A stretch of 64,000 nucleotides of DNA from positions 960,001 to 1,024,000 of the forward strand of contig OZ252220.1 of assembly GCA_965249135.1 (NCBI GenBank), given 5' to 3'. Source of the DNA: Alphaproteobacteria bacterium. GTDB lineage: Bacteria; Pseudomonadota; Alphaproteobacteria; GCA-2746255. Position numbers and translations under genes: made by a program. Below, piece after piece: positions 22,198 through 32,771 of the stretch. Numbering within the stretch: position 1 is the first letter of the stretch; every line of letters starts with the position of its first letter. Under the pieces are notes generated by a model. It saw only the letters and a list, made by a program, of their open reading frames with translations. It ran no database searches and was not told where the DNA came from.

Positions 22198-24427
22198 GGT
22201 CCGTCTCCTCCGGCGGTTTTCCTCGTGAAAGAACGACAAGCAATGCCGGCAACAAGGTGAAATCCGCAAACAGGGCGGCCGCGATCGACATGGCCGTCAA
22301 GAGGCCTAAGCTTTGATTGAGCTCGAAGGCGGAAAACGCCAGCACACCGAAGCCGGCAACCAGAATGATCGAGGTGATCACAAGCGCCGTTCCGACCGTC
22401 GCAAAAGCATAGCGAACGGCGTCCGCCGAATCCAACCCCTGCTCGCGCCTGGCGCGGAGGTATTTCGAAAGGAAATGCACGGTATCGTCGACGATGATGC
22501 CAAGGCTCGTCGCCACCACGACGGAAGCAGCTAAGCCCATCTCACCCACCACAAGCGCCCAGATCCCGAAGGTGATCACCGCGGGGATCAGGTTTGGAAT
22601 CAGACTTAATAGACCGAGCCGAATGTGGCGAAGCGCGATGATCAGCGACAGCGAAATCAACACGAAGGCCAGCGTCGTTCCCGTCAACATAGCTTTGATG
22701 TTGCGCTCGGAGATGTAGGCGAACATGACGAAGGGACCGCTTCCCTCGATATCGGCGGCTGTCGACATGTTCTTCTCAAGCCAGTCTTCCGAATTGGCCT
22801 TCAAGATGCGCGATTCCCGTGTCGTGATGTTTTTCAGCGTCGCAATCACACGCACGGAAGACTTGTCGACATTGATCTGGTTGTTGATATCCAGCCCGTA
22901 AGGAAGCGACATTTCGAACAGCAATAAATATTGCGCCGCAAGCTCGCGGATATCCGGCAGTTTGTACCAGGCCGGATCGTCGCCATGCATGTTCATGTTC
23001 AGCCGGCGCACGATGTCGGTATAGCTTTGCACATGCACGACTTCCGGCCGGGATCGAAGCCAGTTCGCAAAATTGTCCATCTCTTGAAGGTAGGCCGGCT
23101 CGTTGATGCCGCCGCTTTCTCCGGCGGGAAGCGAATATTGGACTTGATAAATGCCGGAGAGATTCTCCATCGCGAAATCGGTGTCGGCGCGGAACGGAAT
23201 GACCGGATCGAAGTAGTTGACGAACTGATCGTTCAGTTCGATCCGCGGGATCAGGGCGCCCATCGCAAGCACGAAGGCGCTCACTCCCCACAGGAACGGA
23301 TAGCGCCTGCGGATGACAAAATTCGCGAGCTTCTCCATCAAATCCGCGCTGGTGGCCCGGCGCCTGATCAGTTGGGGCGGCAGGACGGACATCAGCGCCG
23401 ACAGGAACAGGACCGAATAGACCCAGGCGGCGATGACGCCAAACGCGGTGATGTTGCCGAGGTCGCGGAAAGGGGGCGCGTCGGAGAAGTTCAGGCTGAA
23501 GAAGCCGATGGCCGTCGTCAGGCTGGTCAGGAACACCGGGTGGAAATTGATCCGCATGCTCTCCAGGATCGCTTCGCGCTTCGTCGCCCCCTTCGCCATT
23601 TGCTGGCCCATCGTGACCAGGACATGAACGCTGTCGGCGATCGCCAAGGTTAGGATAATCGTCGGTGCCGAAACGGAAGGCGGGGTTAATTGGATTCCCA
23701 ACCAGCCGGCAATCCCCATGGCGGTCGAAGCGGATAGGCCGATCACGAGAAGCGTCGCGAAGGTGCCGCTCACGGAACGCAGCAGCACCAACATGCCAAG
23801 CAGCAAATACGCCATACATCAGCGGCACCAGCTTGGTCAGGTCGTTCAGGCTGGCCTCCGTGAAGGCGTTGTTGAGCGCCGAGGGCCCGGTGATGGCGAT
23901 CTTGATGTCCGGGTGTTCGGCCCGCACGCGATCGGCCAGCGCATGGGCGGCGGCCATCGCCTTTGGCACTTCCTCGGCATTTTTTTGCGGCAACGTCAGA
24001 TTGACGTTGACGGCCGTCGTGCGCGCATCCGGCGCGATCAGCCGGTTAATCAGCAGCAGCTCGGCGAGCGCAACATCGCGCACGCGCTCCAAATCCGCCG
24101 CCGAGAGCGCGTCTGGGTGGCGTACCAGGTCCTCGACGGTAAGGTCGTCGCCTTCGGCGTAGCTGTGCTGGAAATTCGCGAGCGAATCGACGCGGGTCGC
24201 GTAAGGGATCTTCCATCCTTCGTATAGACATCCTGAAGCTCTTCGAAAGCCACGAGCTGGGGATTTTCCTTGCTGAAGAACACCCGGTAGTCGGTCGAGA
24301 AGCCAAGGTGGCGGGCACCGCTTGCGATGCCGACCGCCGCCAGCAGGGTGAGCGCCATGACCGCCCAGCGCCAGCGCAGCACCCACTCCGTGTAGCCGGT
24401 GACCGTGATGCCAAGCCTTGCGAACAT
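22163..24427 (-). pseudogene. MMPL/RND family transporter, disrupted
   Basis: LAIADSVH, TSLTTAIGF, GIIVDDTVHF; frame breaks near 23815 and 24215 (VYTKD fused out of frame to WKIPYATRVDS, an apparent deletion). Confidence 0.85.
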
Positions 24428-24522
24428 GTCGTTGCGCCCCTCCCGGTTTCGGATCTTCTTGACCATCCCGCCGGCCCGGCAAGGCCTGGACCAAGGCCTG
24501 GACAAGGGCCGCTGGTCGGGTG

Positions 24523-24591
24523 TAAACTAGACGGTGTAGTTTAGTCCGGTCAAACCCCCTGTCAAGGGTAAACTACACGGTGTAGTGTTTA
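24523..24591. promoter_or_regulatory. Two palindromic TetR-type operators
   Basis: taaactagacggtgtagttta (24523-24543) and taaactacacggtgtagtgttta (24569-24591) between divergent MMPL and tetR genes. Confidence 0.7.
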
Positions 24592-24637
24592 TTCCTTCCT
24601 TGGGAATTTTTGGCCCTGGGGACTTTTGGAGCACAGA

Positions 24638-25282
24638 ATGGCGGAACCCGTCCACCCCCTCGATCCCCTCGATCCGGACGACGCCCCCAGCCCGAAGCGG
24701 GAGGCGATCCTCAACGCCGGCTGCCGGCTGTTCTTGGAATATGGCTACGGCGCCGTGACGATGGACGCCATCGCGCGGGACGCGAACGTCTCGAAGCGCA
24801 CCGTCTACAGCCACTTCGCCAACAAGGAGTCGCTGTTCGCCGGCGTCATGACGGCGATGTGCGACCTGCTCGGCGACCGCGCGCTGCCGACCGAGACCCC
24901 GGAGGGCTCGCCCGAACAGGTCCTCGGGATGTTCGGGGACAAGTTCGTGAACCTGGTGACGTCGCCCAACGGCGTCGCACTTTTCCGGATCGTCGTCGGC
25001 GAGAGCGCCCGCTTCCCGGAACTGGGTGCGAGCTTCTACGCGACGGGCCCGAAACGGCTCGTCGGCGTCATCGCCGCTTACCTGAAGGAGCAGCACCGCA
25101 AAGGCACGCTCACCGTGCCCGATGCGGAGCGCGCCGCCATACAGTTCCTCGACCTCGCGAAATCGGGCGTGCATCTGCGCCTTATCCTCGGCATCGGCGA
25201 GGAGGCGACGGAGGCGGAAAAGAAGGACGCCGTCGATCAGGCGGTCGCCTTTTTCCTCCGGGCCTATGAGTTAAGGCATTAA
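24638..25282 (+). CDS. TetR/AcrR family regulator
   Basis: KREAIL...FLEYGYGAVTMDAIARDANVSKRTVYSHFANKESLF HTH. Confidence 0.93.
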   Translation: MAEPVHPLDPLDPDDAPSPKREAILNAGCRLFLEYGYGAVTMDAIARDANVSKRTVYSHFANKESLFAGVMTAMCDLLGDRALPTETPEGSPEQVLGMFGDKFVNLVTSPNGVALFRIVVGESARFPELGASFYATGPKRLVGVIAAYLKEQHRKGTLTVPDAERAAIQFLDLAKSGVHLRLILGIGEEATEAEKKDAVDQAVAFFLRAYELRH

Positions 25283-25444
25283 TTTAAAAGAAGAACTTTT
25301 TTTGATTTTTTTATGGACTAATTGGTCCGATATACCTATGCTCGTCAAGAATTCAGGTCGCAGCGCAGCGGCGTGTTTTTTGGATAAATCGGACCGATCG
25401 GTCCAGACTACGAAAGACCAGATTACGAAAGAAAGGAACGACCC

Positions 25445-26080
25445 ATGGAAGCGCAACGGAGCCCAATCGAAAGCCCGACCCAAGCGGCGACGGGGCCGAG
25501 GCTGGTCTGCGTCGAGACGGAGATGGATGCGCACGAAGTGGAGGCGGCGATTGCACCCAAAGGGCGGTGGCATCGTCTTGTGAAGCGGCCCTTCGCCTGG
25601 CTCGCCATCGCCTTCGTCGTCGTCGCCGCCGGCGTCACGGTTGCGAGTCTTCTGTCCTCGCCCGGTTACCAGGTAAACGCGCGTTTCGAAAACGTCGATG
25701 GTTTGAGCGCCGGCGACGAGGTGCGCATCGGCGGCGTCAAGATCGGCAAGGTAACGAGCACGAAGCTGGATACGGAACGCTTCGATGTGCTGGTTCGTCT
25801 CAAGATCGCCCAGGACGTGAGGCTGCCTCTCGATACGGTGGCCGAGGTCAGGAGCGCCGGGATCCTGGGCACGAAATACGTGGGGCTCATCCCGGGCGCG
25901 GAGCCGGAAGCGATCGCGGCCGGTGGCGAAATCGAATTCACGGAAACGCCGCTCACCATCGAGAGCCTGATCGGCCAGGCGGTGTTCGGCAAAAGCCCGC
26001 GCCCAGCCCCTGCCTTCGAGGCGCCCTCCTTCGAAGCAGAGGTGCCGACGGGCGGTTTCAAACTTTCGGTCAAGGAGTGA
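25445..26080 (+). CDS. MlaD/MCE family protein
   Basis: TM anchor then F-NVDGL-G-EVRIGGVKIGKV and GILG-KYV-L-PG. Confidence 0.85.
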   Translation: MEAQRSPIESPTQAATGPRLVCVETEMDAHEVEAAIAPKGRWHRLVKRPFAWLAIAFVVVAAGVTVASLLSSPGYQVNARFENVDGLSAGDEVRIGGVKIGKVTSTKLDTERFDVLVRLKIAQDVRLPLDTVAEVRSAGILGTKYVGLIPGAEPEAIAAGGEIEFTETPLTIESLIGQAVFGKSPRPAPAFEAPSFEAEVPTGGFKLSVKE

Positions 26081-26138
26081 GATTTTTTCGACCTAATTGG
26101 ACCGATCGGTTCATATGAAGCGAGAACAGGCAAGACCC

Positions 26139-26288
26139 ATGCAAACCACAATCACCCAACGCCTGCCTTTGAACCCCGGCAAATTGCAGCGCGTCTTTCG
26201 CATCACCCTTGGCGTCGTGGTGGTTTTCCCCTGGTCCCTTTTGTTGTTCGTGGCGTCAAGCGCGAGCGGCCTTTGGGGCCTTTTTTAA
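26139..26288 (+). CDS. Small hydrophobic hypothetical protein
   Basis: 49-aa ORF with one TM-like stretch between mlaD and the DUF1329 fragment. Confidence 0.3.
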   Translation: MQTTITQRLPLNPGKLQRVFRITLGVVVVFPWSLLLFVASSASGLWGLF

Positions 26289-26301
26289 AAAGGAACGCGT
26301 G

Positions 26302-26961
26302 ATGAAAGCGAATTCAACAGACGAGAAGCAGAAAGCACGAAGCGAGCATGACGAGCTCCTCTTCCTCTTGAACGCTTACGACATCTGGAGCCATACGCCG
26401 AGCGAGGTGGACGAGGAAGCGGCGGAAGACGACGAAGCGGAAGACGACGAAGCGCCCGCGAGGCTGAAGAAGAAGGGCCGCGTTCGTCAATCCATCGCCG
26501 CCGCGTTCCTGGCCTTTGCGCTTTTGCTCATCGCGCCTTCGGCAGTTGAAGCCGGTGCGATCCCGGAAGGGACGACGATCACGGCGGCGAATGTGGAGAA
26601 GCACCTTGATGCGAGCTTCGAGGGCGCGCCCCTTCGCGAGCTTCTTCCCGACGTCCTTCACTGGCAGATCCGCGAGAAGGGGCTTCAACTCACCTTGGCC
26701 CACGCGACGCCGCACGCCAAGGATCCGAAATGGGTCGCAGCCACCAACGCCAACCGGGGCACGGTCCGCCTCGATGCGGCGACGAAGCGGGTCACCGGCT
26801 GGCAGGCCGGCGCGCCTTTTCCCGAGGTCAAGCTCGACGATCCGCAAGCCGGCTGGAAGGTCGCCTGGAATCTCTTCTACGGCCGGCCGCACGGCGATTC
26901 GATCGGCAAGGCCGGCGGCCTGCTTCTGATTGCCTGGGGCGACGCCACGCTCCTCGTCTGA
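26302..26961 (+). pseudogene. DUF1329-like protein, N-terminal fragment
   Basis: GTTITAANV...ATNAN-G-V-L...AG-PFP...DPQAG-K-AWN pattern, ends abruptly. Confidence 0.6.
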
Positions 26962-26976
26962 TCCTAGTAAGGGCTC

Positions 26977-28926
26977 TTATTCTGGTAGGCCGATCCGTTT
27001 GAGGAGTGATTCGAACCTGGGATCCGCACGCAGCGAGTCGCACTCCTCGGTTACCTTGAGCCATGCCATGGACCGGGAGCGCTCCTCGTAGGCTTGCTCG
27101 AGCCATGCAAATGCCTCGTCTTTTTCCCCCAAGCCCGCATGAATCGTCGCCATGTTAAAAGGTGAAACGTAGCCTTTCTTGGCAAGCACCTTCAGCTCAG
27201 CGAGCGCCTTGCGCGCCGCCTCCGCCTTTCCTGAGATGGCATAGGTGTAACCGAGGTGGGTCAAGGGCAACGCATGGCCGCCTCCTACTTCCACCGCTTT
27301 TTGAAACGCTGCGATGGCCTCATCATAGGCGCCTTTTCTCCGGTAATAGTGACCGAACCCCCAATGAACACCCCAGAAATTTGGGTCCAACTCGGCAACG
27401 TTCTCGTACAATTTCCGGGCGCGCTCGAGCTGGCCCCCTCGCATATATTGCTAACCCAGATTCACGTTCGCCGCCAGAGACAGGGGATCGATGTTCTTGG
27501 CCAGCTCGGCCTCACGGATTGCCTCTTCCTGGCGCCCCATCGCTTCCAGAAAAAAGCTGTAGAACAGCCGGGCCTGTGCATAACTGGGATTGAGTTGAAT
27601 CGCGCGCTTAAAAGCCTTCTCCGCGCCGGGCCAATCCTACTCATACTTGAGGCGGATAATGCCAAGGAAGGCATGGGGCTCGGCAAGAGAAGCACCCAAT
27701 TTTATTGCTTCGAGCACCGCTTTTTTTGCCGCCGGCAATGCCTTGCTGGGTTTAATCAGCTCGAAGCCGTGACCACCAAGAAGACAATGGCATGCGACCA
27801 TGCCCGAATAGGCCGGCGCATATTCCGGATCCTGCTTGATGGCTTGCTTAAAATAATCGATGCCTTTTCTATATCCCTCTTCGGTCAGCTTGTTGCGAAA
27901 GTAGAGTCCCTTTAGAAACGCTTCCTACGCCGCTGAATTCGCCAACAAAGCACTTTTTTGGCCAACGCCTGGCTCTGTGGCGGCTTTTCCTGAAAGCTTG
28001 GCCACGATGTGCCGGACAACGTCGTCTTGGATCGTGAGCACCTCGGCCTTATCCCGGACATAATTCTCGGCCCAGATATGCCGGCTCGTTGCCGTCTCGA
28101 TGAGTTGCAAAGAGATTCGAATGCGCTCGCCGACTTGAAACATCGCACCCTCAACGACATGCTCCACGTTCAGCTCACGGGCGATGGTTGCGATCGGTCT
28201 ATTCACATTTTTGTAGGCCATCGCAGAGGTGAGCAAAATGACGCGGACCTTCCGTTGCGTCGCCAAGCTAGTGATCAGCACACTGGTCATGCTGTCGCTA
28301 AAATAATCCAATTCCGGTTTGCCCAAGAGATTACGAAGCGGCAACACGGCAACGGAGTACTCTTGTGCCGTTTGAGCCGTTGTCGAAGAACGATCTTTAC
28401 GTGGGTCAAGCGAGCGACCATCGAACAGGAAGAAAGCCGAAGCGCCAATCAATAGAACAAGCCCAACCGCGATCATGGCGATTCGCGCCGGGGCAATGCT
28501 TGTTCTTCCCCGGGTCGTTAATGGATCGCTCTTCGACGCGCCATCCGGCTCGGGTCTACTGAAAATCGGCACGTAATTGCCGGTTGGAAGAACGATATGG
28601 ACAGGGTCGTCGCGGCCTGCATCCGCATAATATTGCTTAAGCTTTGCCCGCAACCGGCTCGCCTCGACCGGCACCACCGAACTCAACTGCGGATCAAACG
28701 AAGAGTCGCGCTCGAACACCTCTAAAGCGATCGTGTATTCCTTAAGCCCGTCCATTTGGCCGGCAAGCGTCTCCTCGACGACAAATTGTAAGAATTTCTG
28801 CAGCTGGTGCGATTGAGCGAACTCAGGTGCCGACAAAATTCGGCGCATCTGCGCCCTGATTTCGCCCGCCGGGGGATCACGCGATGGCGTTCCATCCCCG
28901 ATTGGATCGCGTTTTGGGTCGCTCAT
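26977..28926 (-). pseudogene. TolB-N/TPR-containing membrane regulator with three in-frame TAG stops
   Basis: One frame: LKEYTIALEVF-R---FDP, SVAVLPL-NL, TPR repeats; TAG at 27925-27, 27637-39, 27451-53. Confidence 0.82.
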
Positions 28927-29141
28927 TCGGGTTATCCCCCCCCCGATTGACCGCTTTCGGTTGCTTTTTGGGGTGATTATACGCCATATCCAGATGTAAC
29001 CGTTACATCGCCATAACTAATTAATTTCATTCATTTTTTCTTCTTATGGGCGAGGGTAGACAGATCGTTCTAGCTACGTTACTTGCCGTGAGAAACTCCC
29101 CTGCATCGGTGGAGCGCGCCAAGTTGCCGTCACGTTTGATT

Positions 29142-29214
29142 CATTTTCTCGATCCATTTTCTCGATCCATTTACTCGGCCATTTACTCGGCCATTTACTC
29201 GGCCATTTACTCGG
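29142..29214 (+). repeat. Tandem repeat: 2 x cattttctcgatc then 4 x ccatttactcgg
   Basis: Read directly; 12-bp units start at 29167, 29179, 29191, 29203. Confidence 0.9.
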
Positions 29215-29227
29215 AAGGAAAATTGAC

Positions 29228-29719
29228 ATGACGATCGTTCGCAAGCTCACCGCCACCTTGACATTAATTGTCGGTCTTTTTGTTGCAACCGCTGCCATGG
29301 CCGGTCCCGATACGAACATCTCCAACGGCTTGACCTTAAAGGGCCCTGGCCTGGCGATTCACGGTTACGATGTGGTCGCCTACTTCACGCAAGGCCAGCC
29401 CACGGTCGGCGACGCACAATATTCCGTCGCCCATAACGACGCCACCTACCGTTTCTCGAGCCAGGCGCACCTGGATACGTTCAAGGGCAACCCTGAAAAA
29501 TATGCCCCCCTCTACGGCGGCTACTGCGCCTATGGCGTGTCGGTTGGCGCCAAGTTCGATGGCGATCCACATCTTTGGAAGATTGTTGACGGCGCACTCT
29601 ATCTAAACCTCAACAAGCAGATCCAACAGACTTGAAAAAAGGACATCCCCGGTAACATCGAAAAGGCCGATGAGAATTGGCGCGAGATTTCCCATAAGAC
29701 TCCCCAAGAACTGAGCTAA
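29228..29719 (+). pseudogene. Secreted YHS-domain protein with internal TGA at 29633
   Basis: GYDVVAYF, F--NPEKYAP-YGGYCAYG, WKIVDGALYLN; frame continues past TGA (KKDIPGNIEKADENW). Confidence 0.8.
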
Positions 29720-29951
29720 CGTCTCTAGCTAAACGGCAGGGTTTATCCCTGCCGTTTTTTTTGGAAGATGCCACCCCGTGTAAGAAGCGAGATAAGCGGC
29801 AAACTCCCTTCTGCTAAATTCCCTGTTAACGGGGAATTTTTGGCGCTGACAGGTGGCTCGTCGCCGAATTTCTAACAGAATCGTGAAACATCGTGGATTT
29901 ACAGAACGCCGTCGCGTCCCCAATTATTCCGGGGAATAAGGAGACGCAACG

Positions 29952-31324
29952 ATGGTTCGGATCCTCCCGGCGGCGCTTGGACTCTTCCTTCTGTTCCTCC
30001 CCGTCTTCCTCCTTGCCCAGGACAGGACGCAGCCAAGCGAGCCGCCTGAGGCGGTTCAAGAACTGCTAGGCCAGTTGTTTACAGCCACCCCACGCCTTCG
30101 TAATGAGGCGCTCGAGGCGCTCAAGCAACGGGGCAAGACGGACGTGGTGCCCGCCTTGATCCAGGCCCTGCGTTTCGTTCCCGACGAAGAGGCCATCAAC
30201 GCAACCCTGGAAGCACTGGTCGGCGAACGGTCCGGCACGAAGTGGCCCGACTGGATGTTGTGGCAGGAGGCCCATCCCGAGATCGAGCCCTTCGCCGGCT
30301 TCGATGCGTTCAAGGCCGAGGTCATGGCCACCATCGATGAGAACTTCCGCCTCTTTCTCAGACCCGGCATCAAGCACGACATACGTCTCGAAGAAATCGT
30401 CTGGAGCGGTGTCCGCAAGGATGGGATCCCGACCTTGATCAACCTCACCCATACCGGCGCGGCGGAGGCCGGATACTTAGACGACGACGAGTTGGTCTTC
30501 GGTGTCGAGATCAACGGCGACGCCCGTGCCTATCCCTTGCGTATCCTCGACTGGCACGAAATGTTCAACGACGTGGTTGGCGCGTGCCCGTGGCGCGTGC
30601 CTATTGCACGCTCTGTGGCTCCGGCATCCTCTACGAGACCCTTCTTCCTACCCGGGCGGAACCCTTCATCTTCGGATCGTCGGGCTTCCTCTACCGGTCG
30701 AACAAGTTGATGTACGACGACCAGACCCATTCGCTCTGGAACCAGTTCACGGGCCGTCCGGTCGTCGGCCCCCTCACCGGCTCCGGGATCGAGCTCAAGG
30801 TGCGGCCGGTGGCGATCACCAACTGGAAGGACTGGTGGCGACGCCACCCAAAGACCAAGGTCCTGTCGCTGGACACCGGATACGACCGCGACTACACGCC
30901 CGGACGCCCCTACGGCGCGTACTTCGACAGCCCCGATCCGATGTTCCCTGCCCTCGTCCCGGACAAGCGGTTGCAGCCCAAAGACTATGTCTTCGCCCTG
31001 CGTGCCGGCGGCCACGAAAAAGCATGGCCGTTGACCGCCTTCGAAGATGCCACGGTGATCAACGATTCCGTGGGCCCGCTCGACGTCGTGTTGATCGGCG
31101 ACGCCGCCACCCGGACCGTCCGCGCTTACGGCGCCGACGACCGCGACTTTGCGGCAGTCGCGGACCAGCCGGACCGCGTCATCGCCGACGGCGAAACCTG
31201 GAAGGTGGAGGAGGATGCGTTGGTCGGGCCTCGGGGACAACGGCTTGAGCGCCTGGCGGGTCACATTGCTTATTGGTTCGCATGGCGGGGATTTAAGCCC
31301 GAGGCACCGCTCTACGGCGACTGA
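29952..31324 (+). pseudogene. DUF3179 family protein with HEAT-like N-terminus, frameshift near 30580
   Basis: KDGIP, ARAYPLRILDWHEMFND, then YCTLCGSG, SGFLYRSNKLMYD-QT-SLW-Q, YWFAW in the next frame. Confidence 0.82.
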
Positions 31325-31648
31325 GGTGTGCCGGTCCCTTCGCCAAGTTAAAACCAGGGGTCAAGATCCCCTTGGGGTGGGATCCGCGCTTCGGTCAAAG
31401 GCCGCAGACGATGGTCGTCAGCCGTTGGGCAGAGTCCCTTTCAAAGTTCCGGTCTGGTTAACAATTCATTAATGAATGCAACCTACCGTTGTGAGTAGGC
31501 CCCACAAAACAACTCGCAGGCACGGAGAGGGCTTGTGAGCTTGTCGTGGGCGGATCGGGGCGCTTGTCCATTCGGTTTGGCAAACTCCGCACACACGGCG
31601 TCGCCTTCAAGTACGGGGACACGTTCTTAAACTCCCTCTCCAGGGACC

Positions 31649-31741
31649 ATGGAAATGTCAGCCAGCAGCAATCCACAGCAACAGCAGCAACGGCAACTCC
31701 AGCAGCCCCAGCAGCAGCAGCCCCAGCAGCAGCAGGAATAG
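31649..31741 (+). CDS. Gln-rich 30-aa peptide MEMSASSNPQQQQQRQLQQPQQQQPQQQQE (candidate leader peptide)
   Basis: AGGGA RBS-like site, ATG, 16 Gln codons (CAG and CAA), TAG; too short for the ORF track. Confidence 0.6.
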   Translation: MEMSASSNPQQQQQRQLQQPQQQQPQQQQE

Positions 31742-31875
31742 GCTTCGCGGCGGAAACCAGAGCGGCAGGGGCCGACCTTAGGATAAGCGGCGACGCTTTC
31801 CCGCGACCGAGAACAGAAACGTCTGGATGAAGACTTAAGCGGATGCCTTTTCCCTAAGGGGCATTCACGCGTTCG

Positions 31876-31901
31876 CGCCGCTGCACCGGCGGCGTTTTTT
31901 T
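31876..31901 (+). terminator. Intrinsic terminator upstream of Anbu gene
   Basis: cgccgct-gcacc-ggcggcg stem followed by T7. Confidence 0.75.
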
Positions 31902-31955
31902 GCTTTCCTGGCGCGTCCGGATGCCCCTTTACTCTGCCGCGGGTGTGAGCCTTCG

Positions 31956-32696
31956 ATGACCTATTGTTTGGGAATTGCGACGTGCGAGGGCCTCATCTGT
32001 CTGGCCGATGGCCGCGTGACGTCGGGCGACGAAGTCTCCATCGCGCGCAAGGCGTCCCTCCACGGGCCCGCCGGCCGGCAGGTCTGCGTCATGACGTCCG
32101 GTTTGCGTTCGCTGCGCGACAAGACGATTGCCTATTTCGAGCAGGCATTCTGCGACGAGACCGCCGCCGACATGCACGCGGTGCTCGCGATCTATGCGCA
32201 GGGCTTAAGACGCGCGGCGGAAGAAGACGGCGACGCGCTCAAGGCATCGGCGCTTTCCTTCGATCTTCATACGATCATCGCCGGGCAGATGACGGACGAT
32301 GCGCAACCAACCCTGTTTCTGGTTTACCCGGAGGGCAACTGGATCGAGGTGACGAAGCGCACGCCCTACATCGCGATCGGCGCCACGGCTTACGGCAAGG
32401 CGATCCTCGACCGCACGCTTAGCTTCGACACGCCGCTCATGCTGGCACTACAAATCGCTTACCTTTCCTTCGATTCCACCCGGGTCAGCACGGCCGCGGT
32501 GGGCTTTCCCCTCGACATGCTGACCTTCGCCCATGACCGGCAATGGCGGGCGATGACGCTGGAGCAGGACGACGTCGGCGGCATGCGGCAATGGTGGAAC
32601 GATCACATCAAGGAATTGACGATCCGGATGTCGGCCGGGCCATGGGCGGAGCATCTGCTGGCGGACCCATATAAAAAAGGTGCACCCGCCCCTTAA
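31956..32696 (+). CDS. Anbu proteasome-type Ntn peptidase
   Basis: MTYC-G N-terminus (Thr1), Asp17, Lys31, LVYPEGNWIE, PY--IG---YGK-ILDR, SFDST--S---VG-P-D. Confidence 0.85.
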   Translation: MTYCLGIATCEGLICLADGRVTSGDEVSIARKASLHGPAGRQVCVMTSGLRSLRDKTIAYFEQAFCDETAADMHAVLAIYAQGLRRAAEEDGDALKASALSFDLHTIIAGQMTDDAQPTLFLVYPEGNWIEVTKRTPYIAIGATAYGKAILDRTLSFDTPLMLALQIAYLSFDSTRVSTAAVGFPLDMLTFAHDRQWRAMTLEQDDVGGMRQWWNDHIKELTIRMSAGPWAEHLLADPYKKGAPAP

Positions 32697-32771
32697 AGCC
32701 CGACGCCGCCGGCCAGGTGCAGGGAAGGGCGCCATCGGCTATAGTGCCCAAGACGAAGGGGTCGAGGGGTG

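Noticed and set aside
26977-28926. Amber recoding or pyrrolysine, since all three internal stops are TAG
   Set aside because: Stops fall at inferred Trp/Tyr positions, neighbouring pseudogenes have TGA stops and indels, and intact genes (msrA, murA) end in TAG.
29142-29214. CRISPR array
   Set aside because: Contiguous 12-13 bp units with no spacers and no cas genes.
29633-29635. Selenocysteine TGA in the YHS gene
   Set aside because: The family's Cys/Sec position (GGYCAYG) is already Cys; this TGA sits at an inferred Trp and no SECIS-like hairpin is evident.
31546-31830. 94-aa Ala/Thr-rich ORF in the track
   Set aside because: Alternative frame of the CAG-rich tract with no clear RBS; the Gln frame has RBS, ATG and synonymous CAG/CAA variation.
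31480-31900. glnA or downstream-peptide glutamine riboswitch, or tmRNA
   Set aside because: The CGTT...GGAAGTA...GAA-AACG core and the tmRNA tag peptide could not be found by eye; an Infernal scan would settle it.
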